Assembly: GCA_025594325.1 (NCBI GenBank)
Contig: JANHCV010000002.1
Coordinates: 868,001-932,000 of the forward strand
Length of the DNA: 64,000 bases
Reading direction: 5' to 3'
DNA from: Blastocladiella emersonii ATCC 22665
Taxonomy: Eukaryota > Fungi > Blastocladiomycota
The stretch's first letter is position 1. Every line of letters starts with the position of its first letter. Positions 35,601 through 45,728 of the stretch are shown here, piece by piece. The notes under the pieces were generated by a model that saw only the letters and a program-made list of their open reading frames with translations, searched no databases and had not been told where the DNA came from. The position numbers and the translations under genes were made by a program.

Positions 35601-37085
35601 CCCAAGTCGATCCCCGTCACGCAGATGTTCCTCAACCAGTTCACGCGCCGCGCCAACCCGGACCTGCAGCTCCCGCCCGTCCGCTACTCGACCGTGTGGC
35701 TCACGCTCACGCCGACCGAGCTCGCCCTGGCGCAGGCGGCGGCGCGGCGCGACCGCGGAGTGCGCCTGGCGTCGCTGCAGCACAGCCTGGTCAACGAGCA
35801 GCTCGTCGGTCTGGCCGCGCCCAACGAGGTGCTGACCGCGGCCGAGATGTCGGCGCGCCTGCAGACGGACCGGCGCAACCGCATGGAGCGGCTGCAACGG
35901 GACATTGACCAGTCGACGGTCGAGCTGGTGCAGGCGCGGTCGCTGCTCGCAACCATGCTGGTCAAGCACCCGCCCGCGCGGCGGTGGGTGCTGTCGCTCG
36001 GCCTGCGGCCCGAGGACCTGCCCCAGGGCATGGCCGAGGCGGTCGCGCAGTCGCAGGGCGTGCTGACGGCGGCGCAGCAGGCGCAGCTCGTCAACGACAT
36101 CCCCGCCGAGGACCGGCACACGCTGCGCGCGCACGTCGACGACGTGAACATGTACCGCAACCAGGTGATCCGCCAGACCATGGAGCTGCGCGAGGTGCGG
36201 TCGGCGCACACGTTCATGGAGACGGTGCTCGATGCAGTTCAACGGGCGGAAGAACAGACGTGCCCAGTTTGTCTCGACTCGATTACCTCGGATTTTGCCA
36301 TTACCGCGTGCGCCCACATCTATTGTCTACCGTGCGGCAACCAGCTCAAGGAGTCGGCCAACGCCAAGTGCCCGATCTGCCGGCATTCGCTCAGCGACGG
36401 GCTCACGCAGATGCGGCTCGACCTGACGGCCGCCGAGGTCACGGGCGAGGCCGAGGGCGGCGGCGCCGCGGCGGGTGCGGGCGGGCACGCGGCGGGCGAC
36501 GACGAGGAGCACTCAGCGATCCAGTACGACAAGTACGGGACCAAGGTCAAGGCGCTCGTCCAGTACGTGCAGCGCACGGTGCGCGCGGACCCGTCGGCCA
36601 AGCTGCTGCTCTTCTGCCAGTTCCGCAAGCTCGCCAAGCTCATCTCGCAGGCCTTCACCGAGTTCGGCGTGTCCAACGTGTCCATGTCGGGCGGCAACGT
36701 GCTGACCAAGCGCAAGGCGCTCAACGAGTTCAAGAACCCGCACAATGACGTGCGCGTGCTGTTCCTGTCGTACCAGGACTGCGTGTCGGGCCTGCACCTC
36801 GTCGAGGCCAACCACGTCGTGATCGTGCACCCGTTCCTCGCCGAGGACGAGGCCACGTCGCGCGCGTACGAGCTCCAGGGCATCGCGCGCGCCGTCCGCG
36901 CCGGCCAGACCCGCGAGGTCAACGTCGTCCGGTTCGTGTCCCGCAACACGCTTGAGGAGGAGCTCACCCAGAACCGCGTCATGGCTGCCGGCGAGCTCGT
37001 GCTCCAGTCCACGGACGCGGGGCTCGTCGCCGCGGGCGGTGCCGCCGCCGCCGCGGAGGGCGTGGGTGCGGGGATCGGCGAGTAG
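32643..37085 (+). CDS. Rad5/Rad16-like SNF2-family ATPase with inserted RING finger; join(32643..33549,33625..37085), about 1455 aa
   Basis: LHDYQR, SKVGSGKT, TLVVCRSDLVAQW, RVIVDELHE, LTGSP, RING CPVCLD...CAHIYCLPC...CPICR, KLLLFCQF, SGLHLVEANHVVIVHP. 75-nt intron 33550-33624. Confidence 0.9.
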   Translation: MPPRRSTRAASAAAAADDDDVVIIKDEPMVDVKPEPGTAADDDGEASSSSRKRPLRRSARASAAALAAVAAAEGRLEDAEAMEVDVIAQIKTEKGAGGDYAAHDEEGSESDFSEPEIQPAPKRARKSPAASTAAKGKGKAKAAAPAPAAVAVKQELSSIPDPNAAAAAAIAAANAAAAAYAAGAPLPAMTSSAAAARPLQSQSQSQSQTIVLDGDDDEEQQEDETAEAPQQPQVDPVVAARRAQANRAANGWWIPFPYHPVFEKREGAEDVPYIPADDEDDNGTGAVDDKKDIKNQHVDDQPGTRSRSYFPSDRSARRTDPNLARFLDMYLGSELCTHTFRLPMPNDGLDADGKWVRDDLPILAEATMRTEPVVRVTRQVRTEPGNPRSTQHGVTETITYRHPQQPDTWTTAALSKVKATEFVDVARADPYYADDEKNNNWFLKHEQVLIMNLWQLETDATYVEEDPYLLDQDDGVIAESRRTGRALRARAERAGDLLLPESGLGSRRLNVTLRETMLPYVRIVLRPVHGKAYPLNGTKFVYRWMVYLRTAQANHDLRGHAAGARRVMRMLLDAYSPGRYKQVESPTYGRQRHYHNYDDNGNPLYQGDGGDADEPVPELEVPEVHEVTETTGALVRTPPGFKLELHDYQRRVATWLHDLEGRPEARTFSIPDGEGNTAFIRLGRRGMLYHYTLRDFAESDETWTVKVAKPLKTIQCRGAIEASKVGSGKTILALAMVAALPFRSRAEMGMDDDPIDRNKYVPCMSTLVVCRSDLVAQWKAEAAKALPDGKRVLQLTTIHEYRNMSWNDIVTADVVLVSTAFLQNVNYRNRICELAGEPKYQNPLPRGANLRTESFDGARIDFSHSLADHVQDLLAQGRAVYGNTRGAIILERCWFHRVIVDELHEFVGGEDLNASERYWQRRGAAPGDERDKTVKMSASVRKLANETRAFLLALRTRFILGLTGSPVLDNIGAAHRLLNLVQVNDLPKSIPVTQMFLNQFTRRANPDLQLPPVRYSTVWLTLTPTELALAQAAARRDRGVRLASLQHSLVNEQLVGLAAPNEVLTAAEMSARLQTDRRNRMERLQRDIDQSTVELVQARSLLATMLVKHPPARRWVLSLGLRPEDLPQGMAEAVAQSQGVLTAAQQAQLVNDIPAEDRHTLRAHVDDVNMYRNQVIRQTMELREVRSAHTFMETVLDAVQRAEEQTCPVCLDSITSDFAITACAHIYCLPCGNQLKESANAKCPICRHSLSDGLTQMRLDLTAAEVTGEAEGGGAAAGAGGHAAGDDEEHSAIQYDKYGTKVKALVQYVQRTVRADPSAKLLLFCQFRKLAKLISQAFTEFGVSNVSMSGGNVLTKRKALNEFKNPHNDVRVLFLSYQDCVSGLHLVEANHVVIVHPFLAEDEATSRAYELQGIARAVRAGQTREVNVVRFVSRNTLEEELTQNRVMAAGELVLQSTDAGLVAAGGAAAAAEGVGAGIGE

Positions 37086-37286
37086 GTGAGAGCAAGCGGT
37101 CGGCGTGTGTGTGTGTGTTCGTGTCGATTATATACGTTATTCTGTTCAACTGCAGTGTTCCCGAGCACCATCAAAGGCTTCGAGGTGAGCGCGAGGATGG
37201 GGAGGTCGAGCGACGACGCGTTGCGCCACTCGCCTACTGCGAGTCGACGCGTACGTTCTTCTCGCTTTGATCGAGTGCCTCGGCGC

Positions 37287-37790
37287 TCACGATAGCCCGG
37301 CGAGACGCACAGGCTCCTCGAGACCCAGGCCGACGCCAAACGGTGGCAGCAGGCGTCCGTCGCGTCCTCGGCCGTCACCGCAGAACCAGGAACGGTGGGT
37401 GCCGAGCACCGGGTCGAACCTGCCGCCCGCTGTCCCTGTCTTTGCTGACGGCGCCGCGTGCACGGCACGCTCGCTTCTCACGACTGCCGTGTCCGCGTCC
37501 GCCAAAGACACGGTCGCGACGCCCAATCCCGGCTTGCGCCCGCCGCAGCTGACAACTTTGCTACGCGCGACCGCCGCCGACTCGACGTCCATGTCGCCGC
37601 GGTCCGACGCCGAGATGGCGACACCCAAGGCCAGCAGCAGGAGCAGGAGCAGCAGCAACGGGTCCTCAGCCACCGTACTCGCACAGCAGCTCAACGGGAA
37701 AGCGACGGCCGTCATCTCGCTCCCGTTCCCGCCCGCCGCCCGCCGCCTCGCCCTCCCAAGCCCGTTCGGCGGCGAGCGACCACGGCGATA
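37287..37790. other. Possible small gene, strand unresolved (in-register open frames on both strands)
   Basis: The minus frame has a Leu-rich signal-like stretch (PLLLLLLLLLALGVAISA). The plus frame 37267-37791 is also open. No family recognised. Confidence 0.25.
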
Positions 37791-38186
37791 ACGATAGACT
37801 CGCGTCCGGCGCCCGCGCGTGACTTGCTTGTCGTCCCGTTGCTGCTCAACCTGTCGCCCGGAAGCGCGGCAGGGAAGCATTCAAAGTATTTAGTCTGGAT
37901 TGAGTGAGAAGGCTAGAGTGCCGAGAGAGTAGAATGCATTGGTAGAACTGCCTCGCTCGAGCGCGTCTCGAGGAACGAGACTCAGTGGGGAGGCTGGAGG
38001 GGAACCGCGACGTTCGCCTGGTGGGCGTGTACATGAAGCGCGGTGCGTGGAAAGTGAAGGTTGCAGCGCACGGGCGATGCAGCAAGGCGCTGCGGACCGG
38101 TTCTTATAGCGCGAGCGAGGAGTGCGAGGAGAGCGAGGAGAAGCCTGAGAACCCTGTGTTCTCGGAAAGACGGCCAAGGCTAAGCT

Positions 38187-41100
38187 CGCCGTGCAGGCGA
38201 CACCGCCAAACTGACTCTCTCGAGGTGCGCAGAATACGATGCGGGAAGTTGCGAGGACTGGGAACCGGCGTTGTTTGCATGGGATGACGACTAGCATCGA
38301 AGCGCGGGAGGAAGCGAGCCGCTGCAGTCATCACGCGGAGATGTTCCGCACGCGGCACGACGCGTTGCCCCCGCGCGATCCCCTCGGGCAGGAAGATCCG
38401 CGTCGCGAGACAAACAGCAACGGTGGAAGCAATGCGACGAGTGAAGCGGGTGAGGTCGATGAGTGCGAGTACACGCAGCGAATGGAACGGGTTCGGCGGC
38501 GGCGGTCGTCCCACCCTGCCATCCTCAGCAGCGAGTCACGGCACCCCACTCACGGCTCACGGTGTTGTTCGTGAACGCACTCACCGTCCGCGCGCGTCCT
38601 ATCGATGCCTTTGGGGATCCGCAGATGGCATAGTCGAAGGGCGGAGCGAGGAGTGGTCGCCGCAACGGGCGGTTGACGCGTCGTCGCTCGCGTGCACCGC
38701 TCCTTCGGTGCCGTCGCGGCGCAAACTTTGAGTTCTTTGACACGGCAATCATCATGGAGGTGGCCGTGACGCTGCCATTGCGGCGAGTCGCGGTCGGGGT
38801 CATCAGACTGCATTGCGAGCACCGTGCTCGTGTTGGGCGGCCAGTCATCCGTCCCGCCGCGCCGCTCTCGGCGCTCTCTCTCTGCGGGACACGCGGCCGG
38901 CGACCCGGTGTCGTGACCGCGGCGCACACCAATTATCGTCGCCCGCCGCGCGTCCTCTCGACGTGGCGACGGATCTCGTCCTTTGCGACGTAGCCCGCTG
39001 CACTCGGCCTCGCTCGACCACGATGCCTCCCGCAACCGCTCGCGTCAAGTCAAGCCTTGCCGCCGCTCTGCTCGCGCTTCGTTTACCTTCACGGTCAGGC
39101 GTGACCAGTCGCCCACGCCCGTTCAGTCGGACCTGTCGGCCAGTTCTCGCTGTCGCCCAACATGACTGGAACCAGCCCCCTCGCTCGACAGCAGTGGGCG
39201 CGGCCGTGCCCCGCCCGCTCAAAGTACGAGCTGATCCGGCCTCCCTCTCTCCTGCTCCCTCACCCCCCCAATATCGATTTGATCCAGGCAACTATCATCG
39301 CGCTCATGACCATCACCATGAATCTCGACCATCGATGCATGCAAACTGACCCCCGTCCTCGTCGCGTAGATCCGTGATCCGACATCATCGTGTTCTCCGC
39401 ATCCTATCGATACTCGCTGCTGCCGTTCGTCCTCTGACGTCCTGCCGCCGCACACTTCCCTACCCCACCCACTGCACCACGCACCACGCACCACGCACCC
39501 GATCGGTGCTGCTTCCCGCGTCGCTCGTCTCGCGCCGCACCTCGCTCGCTGCTGCCTGCTGCGCCACCCCCTCGTAGACCCTCGCGCCGCTCATCTCGCT
39601 GCTGCGCCACCGCATCCTCGACTACCAGCACTCGCCGCGGGCTCCGTCTTCACCATGGACCGCCACCCCGCCGCCGCCGCCGCCATGTCGGTGCTGCTGT
39701 TCGAGTACTTCATGCAGCTGTTCAGGCTCACCGTCGACTTTGTCTTCCACGCGCTCGTGATCGCGTTCCCGCACGCCAAGCTCGACGACTCGCGCCGCGT
39801 GTACTCGGTGGCCGCGACCGCCGCCTCCACCGTCGCCTCGTTCGGCACCGTGGTCGCGCCCGTCGCCGTCGCCTCGCTGCTCGGCCTCTCCAACACGACT
39901 CGCCTCGTCTACCGCAACGCCATGGCCCTCTCGCTCGCAGCTTCCGGCTACGACCTGACCTTCATCATCGCCAACACCAAGTCGACCGCGGTTTCTCGTC
40001 GGCCTCACGCCTCCGTCGGCCTCATCACGGCCGCTGCCACTACTACCACCGCGACTGACTCGCGCACCACTACGTTCACGCTCGCTGCCGTGGCCGCGGC
40101 CTTCCTTCGTGCGCGCGCGCTCGCTGACCTCCTCACGGCCGCTTCCACGACTACTACTACGACCGGCTCGCGCGTCACGCTCTCGTTCAACGCCTCGGCC
40201 ATGGCCTTCCTGCTCGCGCGCGTTCCCGCTGGCCTTCTCGCGGCCGTCACCAAGTCCAAGGCCACCATCACGCGCTCTCGCCCGGCCCTCTCGCTCGTCG
40301 ACACCGCGGCCAAGTCCACGATCCGGGCCCGTGTTCCCGCTGGCCTCCTCACTTCCACCGCGCTCTCGAACACTTACAGCTACTCGCTCGGCACCGTGGT
40401 GGTCCACCTCCCGCCCTCGGCCCGTGTTCCTGTCGGCCTGCTGACCGCCACCGCGCACACGGGCACCAGCAGCAGCTCCTCGCTCGGCGACGTCGCGGTT
40501 CACCGTCTGCCGCTGCCCTCGGTCCTCGCGTCGGCGCCCGTCATGTCGGTCCTTACGTCGGCGCCCGTCGTGTCGGTTTTCGTGTCGCGCAGCGGGGTCT
40601 CGTTCCGGCTCCACTCGTTTGTGGCCAGCACCGACAAGTTCATGGGCCGCGTCGCGTCGACCTTCTTCACCCCGCTCTCGCTCAAGTCGCTTGCCGGCAG
40701 CATCACGTCTACCCTCCGCCGCCTACTTCGCACCATGCCCCCCGCCGACTCGGGCACCGACGTCGCCGACCTGACGCCCGCCGCGCTCGAGATCAAGTAC
40801 CCGTCGTACGCGCTCGGCCCGGGCGAGATCATCAACTTCGTGATCACCCAGAGGCTCGAGGACGCGCTGCGCCTCAAGGTCCCCGAGGTACCAGTGCCGT
40901 TCGTTCCGCGCGAGCGCACGGCGTCGGAGCAGGCGGCGTTCCTCGCGCACTGGACCGCGCCCATTGTGCCCGTCCCGATCGGCGTCGACACGGTCGAGGT
41001 CGGCGGCACGCCCTCGCTCCCCGCCGACATCAAGGCGCAGTACGCCGCGCACAAGGAGCTCCACTCGGTACGTCTCTCCTTTCCGCCGAGCCAGCTCGTC

Positions 41101-42239
41101 CCGCGTACCCCATCTGACTGTATTCGCTGTGTAGGTCTCGCGCTCCTCGCCCATCGGCCGCGCGCTCAAGGGCGTGGCGAACCGGCTCGGCCTCCGCACG
41201 CCCGGCATCGACCGCTTCGCCAAGACCGTGACGTCGCCGGCCTCAACGACGGGCATCGCCGCGTACTCGGAGACGCCCGAGGCCGAGATCGCCGCTCAGC
41301 AGGTTGTGGTACGTTTTTTTTTTTTTTTTTTCTTTACCGTGGGTCTCGATCGAGGCGCACTGCTGACACGCACTCGGTTGATCCCCGGTCGTGTAGATCT
41401 CTGAGACGATCGAGTCGTTCGCGGCGCCCAAGCCCAAGCCCAAGCCCGCGCCGTTCCCCAAGCCGTCCCTGTTCGGCGCCGGCGCCTACACCAACGCCAA
41501 GGTCGTCGACGCCGCGTTCGAGAAGTTCATGTCGGACGACGGCTGGCAGTACGCCACGGATGCGCCGCTCGTGGACACGACGGCCGCGTCCAAGCCCGTC
41601 GAGCACATCTACTCGGTACGTTTTCGTGTGCGCGAGTACTCGACTGCACGCACGCACACACTGACCCTTCGACTTCCCTCTCCCGCGTAGCCCTGTCCAC
41701 GAGTGGCCCCATGTTCGCCGCGCCCAAGTTCGCCGCCGCCAAGGCCGTCGGCCGCGCCATCACGCACGGCACCTTCGAGCTCGGGCTCGACGAGGAGGAA
41801 ATCCAGTCGATCTGCTTCGCACCCGGCGCGTGGATCAAGCCGGAATCCCATCAGGAGGTCCGCTCGTACCCGTCCGCTGGCAAGGTGTGCGACAAGGACT
41901 TTTGGTGGGAGCCGAAGCAGCCCAAGTCCAAGTCCAAGGTCGAGGCGCCTCAGCAGAAGGCGCCCCAGATGGGCTGATCCGATCTCGCTCCCAGTAACGG
42001 CGGCTGGCTCACCAGTTCGCGCGTGGGGGTCGAGTCGGAGAAGCCGCTCAGTGTATGCCGATTGTTTTTTTTTGAAGATCTTTTTAGATAGACGTTGTTC
42101 TCACAGTTTGTGCGTTGGTTTCGCTGAGCAGCAATAACGCGTTCAGTGAGGACGCGTTGCGCCACTCACCTGCTCGACCAACGCGTCCAGTTTTGCAGGG
42201 ATGGGACGAGTTCGGCGAATCACACGCATCTACCTCGAG
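38187..42239 (+). repeat. Right arm of 4,053-bp inverted duplication (probably the ancestral copy)
   Basis: Reverse complement of 11213-15265. Confidence 0.97.
39655..41977 (+). CDS. Hypothetical Ser/Thr/Ala-rich protein, copy B; exons 39655-41067, 41135-41308, 41397-41615, 41691-41977
   Basis: Three GTACGT...CTGAC...TAG introns. Exons 1-3 splice in frame. The codon-biased frame of exon 4 is offset from a phase-0 junction. Confidence 0.55.
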
Positions 42240-42770
42240 AATAGCAGATTATACTTGAGCCACCTAAACGCTTCGCGTTCGGTTTTCAATCGAGGGCTAA
42301 AGCCCGTGCCACGTTGGGCGCTGGCGCCGTGCGGGTGCGCAATCGCTTGAATTGCGGGTAAGCGACCGTTGAACGAGTCTTGAACCTCGTCGCTATGGCA
42401 GTACTTGCCGCCGGGGTTGGAGAGCGGCGCGTCGCAGCACAGCGCAACGCGGCACAGCGCGCCGGAGGGCAGTGCATCTGGTTGCTCGCGTCAGTTGGCG
42501 TCAGGGCACCGTCATGGGCCACGGGCGCGGCATCAGCAATTGCGTTGCAGCGCGGGCGCCAAGCACGCTACCGCACGGCGTTCGAGGCTATGGCCCGATG
42601 GCCGGGACGGCGGGGAGTGCGAGACGCGGGTCGATGAGCTCTCGCAGGTGGTTGCACATAGCTTGGGCAAAGCCCCGCACGAAGCCGAATACTCGGCAGT
42701 AGGGAGACACGGGCATAGATAGGATATATAATGTACAGCGTTGATCAATCGACGACCACAACCCCCAATC

Positions 42771-44767
42771 TCAAAGGTGGATCTCCTGCGCGCACCGGAC
42801 GCGCTCCGTGACGGTGACGACGGCGTTGCGGAGCTGGACCCACTCGGCGATGGCGAACGGCAGCTTAGCGACGAGGCTCGCGGCCTGGGCCTCGTTGAGC
42901 CGGTCGGCGAGGCGCGCGAACATGGTGAAGACGGCGAACGGGCGGTCGGCGGCGAGGTCGGCGCGCAGGTACCGGACGCGCACGGCTCCGCGCGGGCGGG
43001 CGCTGTAGACGACTTCGTTGAGGACGGCGACGAGGCGGTCGGCGATATGCTCGAGCGCGCCGGGCGTGACGTCGGCGCCGACGCGGCCCTTGCTGGCGTT
43101 GTACTCGAGCAGCGCGACGACTAGGTCCTGCATCTTGACGAGCCGCGCGACGTGGCGGCCGAGGTCCACGAAGCACGCCGCGGGGCTCGTATCCTCGGGC
43201 CGCACCAGGACCTCGTGCGCGACGCTCACGGCGTACGACGACGGCAGCATCGACCCGGCGCCCTCGCTCGCGGACGTGGACCCCGGCAGCCCGCCGCCAC
43301 ACCCGCCGCCGTCCTCGTCGTCGAGCACGTCGGCCTGCACCGACGCGACCGTGTGCCAGATGTCGTCGAGCAACGACGCGTTGTTGGGGCCCGCGTTGCC
43401 GCGACCACCGCCGCCGCCGGTGCCGACGTTGTCGCCGGGCCCCATGGCTCGGCTGCCCGGGCGCGCGTTGTGCATGGTCGGCGTAGCAGGGCGGTTGTTG
43501 TTGTTGCCGCCGCCCATGACCGACTCGCTCGCCCAGCCGTTGCCGCCGCCACCGCCGCCCGAGTTCCCGATCTGCATGCCGGCCATGGACTTGCTCAGCG
43601 CGTTCCCGCCGCCACGGTCATCGGCGCCAAGCGAGTCGCGGCGGCGCATCGAGGCGTGCGACGGCGTGTGGCGTAGAGTCTGGTTCCCGCCACCGCCGGC
43701 ACCCGCGTTGTTGTTGGGCGCCCGCTGCTGCTGCTGCTGCTGCGGCCCACCGCCACCGCCGCCCGCGACGGAGCGGTGCACGTTGCCCTGGTTAGGCTGC
43801 GGTGGCGAGTTGTAGTTGAGGGCGTGGTGCATGCGGCCGGGCGGACCACCGCCACCGCCGCCGTGCTGGAGGTGCGAGTACTCTGCGCTGGCGGCGGCAG
43901 CGGCCTCCCAGGCGGACGGGTCGACGAGGTCGTCGAAGGCGGCGTTCGGGTCGTCGGCGCCGCCCGCCGAGTCGTACCCGTCGTGGTGCTGCGGGTGCTG
44001 GTTGGTCGAGTATCGCTGCTGCTGTTGCTGGTGGTGCGGCGGTGGGTAGCCGCCGCTGCCGACGGCGCCCGACTGCGGGTGGTACGCGTCGCCGTGGCCT
44101 TGGTCGTCTACGCGCGCGCGTGTAGAGTCGATGGTGAGTGGAGATCGTAGTGCGTGTGCGAGACGAGAGGAAGCGTACCGAGTTCGTACTGCATGCCGGC
44201 AGCCCCGGGTCCGCGCATCGAGGGCGGGCGAGTCGGCGGGCGCGAGGGCGGGATCTGGCCCGTGGAGAGCGGGCGGGAGGGCGGCGGGGTCGTGGTGGAC
44301 GACGGGTGATGGTGGTAGTGCGAGGCGCGGCCGGGCGTGTCCATGGATCCGCCGCGCGAGGGGGTGCGAGCGTAGTGCTGCTGCTGGTGGTGGTGGTGGT
44401 GCGGTGCGCCGATCTCCTCCCACTCGTAGGCGTCGGACGAGGCAGCCGTGGTCACGATGGACGGCGGCGACGGGTGGTAGTTGATGGGGGTCAGCGGGCG
44501 GTGGTGCGGGTGCGAGTGCGGGTGCGAGTGCGGCGGGCCCGATGAGGAAGCAGGCGGCGCGCGATGGTGGAGGGGAGGCGAGGCGCGCGACGACGACGAC
44601 GGGTGGCCGACGGCGGGCGAGGTCGGGGAGGGCGGAGCGTAGGAGGCCGAGGCTGAGGCCGAGCTTGGAGCTAGTCGCTTGGTGCGCGGCGGCAGGGGCA
44701 GGCCAGGGTGCGAGTGCGAGTGCGTCGGCTGCTCGTGGTGCCGAGGGTAGCCGCTCGACATGGGCAT
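42771..44767 (-). CDS. Hypothetical His/Pro/Gly/Gln-rich protein with a C-terminal helical domain of about 130 aa; complement(join(42771..44107,44179..44767)), about 641 aa
   Basis: High GC3. A phase-1 intron (44108-44178; GTACGC...TAG) joins the two ORFs in frame. Confidence 0.7.
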
Positions 44768-45722
44768 GGGCAGAGGAGAGAGAGGGAGGAAGGCAAGGTG
44801 GGAGCGTATTCGTAGCCAGCGGGGGCCGTCAACGCGGCGACGGCGACGTCGGCGAGGGAGGACCGAAGGCGGGCGGGCGAGCGCAGCGGCATGGCCGTGC
44901 ACCGCGGCCGCGTTTCTTTCGCACGCACACACGGGCACGGCAGCGTGAGGGAAGAGGGCTCAGAACAAGAGCGAACGGGATCCCTCGCATGCGCGCACGC
45001 GAGCAGGTGGGGCCGCCGTTCATTGTGGGAAGGCGGGCGGCGGCGGGCGTGAAATGAGGGCGGCGACCGCTTGGCTCCAAGGATCGCGCGCGGGGCCAGA
45101 CCGGCCGGTCCGTCGGCCGCCACGGCGACGGGCGGCGGGCGGTGGCCCGAGTGGTGTCGGCGCTGCCCGGTTCACACGCGCGGATGCACGCGGGCCGCGC
45201 TCGCCCCCGCCATGGTGCCCGTTCGGGACGCAGGCGCGAGAGAATCACGCCGGCGGCAGCGGCGCGTGGGTTGCATGGAGTCGGTTCGTGGCAAGTGGGC
45301 GGGTTGAGCGATGGCGTGGGAGCGGGAGCGCGAGCGCGAGCGCGACTTGACACCGGTTCGGAGACGCGACGCGCCGCGCAGGGCAGGAGAGCGCGCGTGT
45401 CTCGCGCCGGTCACGCTGCCCGTGCGAGACGCCCCCGTTCGCCGCCGCCGCTGAGCCGCCGCCGCTGAGCCGCCGCCACGTTCCGCTCGGCCATGGCCAT
45501 GGCCATTACCGCCGCCAGGGACCATGGTGGCGCAGCAGCGCCGGTGCGCCGATGTTGGCGGGTGCGCTCCGTGTCAGGATGATTCATGGTTTGCTGGATC
45601 GGCGCCCCGTTCGCGAAAACCATTGGCCGCGGGCCACGTGCGGCCGCACTTTTGACAGCTTTGACATGTTTTGCTCACTTCCGATCGCAAGCCTGCTGCC
45701 ACCTCTCGCCGGCTCGAAAAAC

Positions 45723-45728
45723 TATAAA
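45723..45728 (+). promoter_or_regulatory. TATA box upstream of HEM1, followed by a probable 5'UTR intron (45823-45903)
   Basis: TATAAA about 200 bp before the ATG. GTGAGT donor, GCTCAC branch-like site and TAG acceptor 17 nt before the ACC-ATG. Confidence 0.5.

Noticed and set aside
15266-38186. Inverted-repeat centromere or MAT cassette
   Set aside because: The core is densely packed with housekeeping genes. There is no AT-rich central core and no HMG, homeodomain or pheromone gene.
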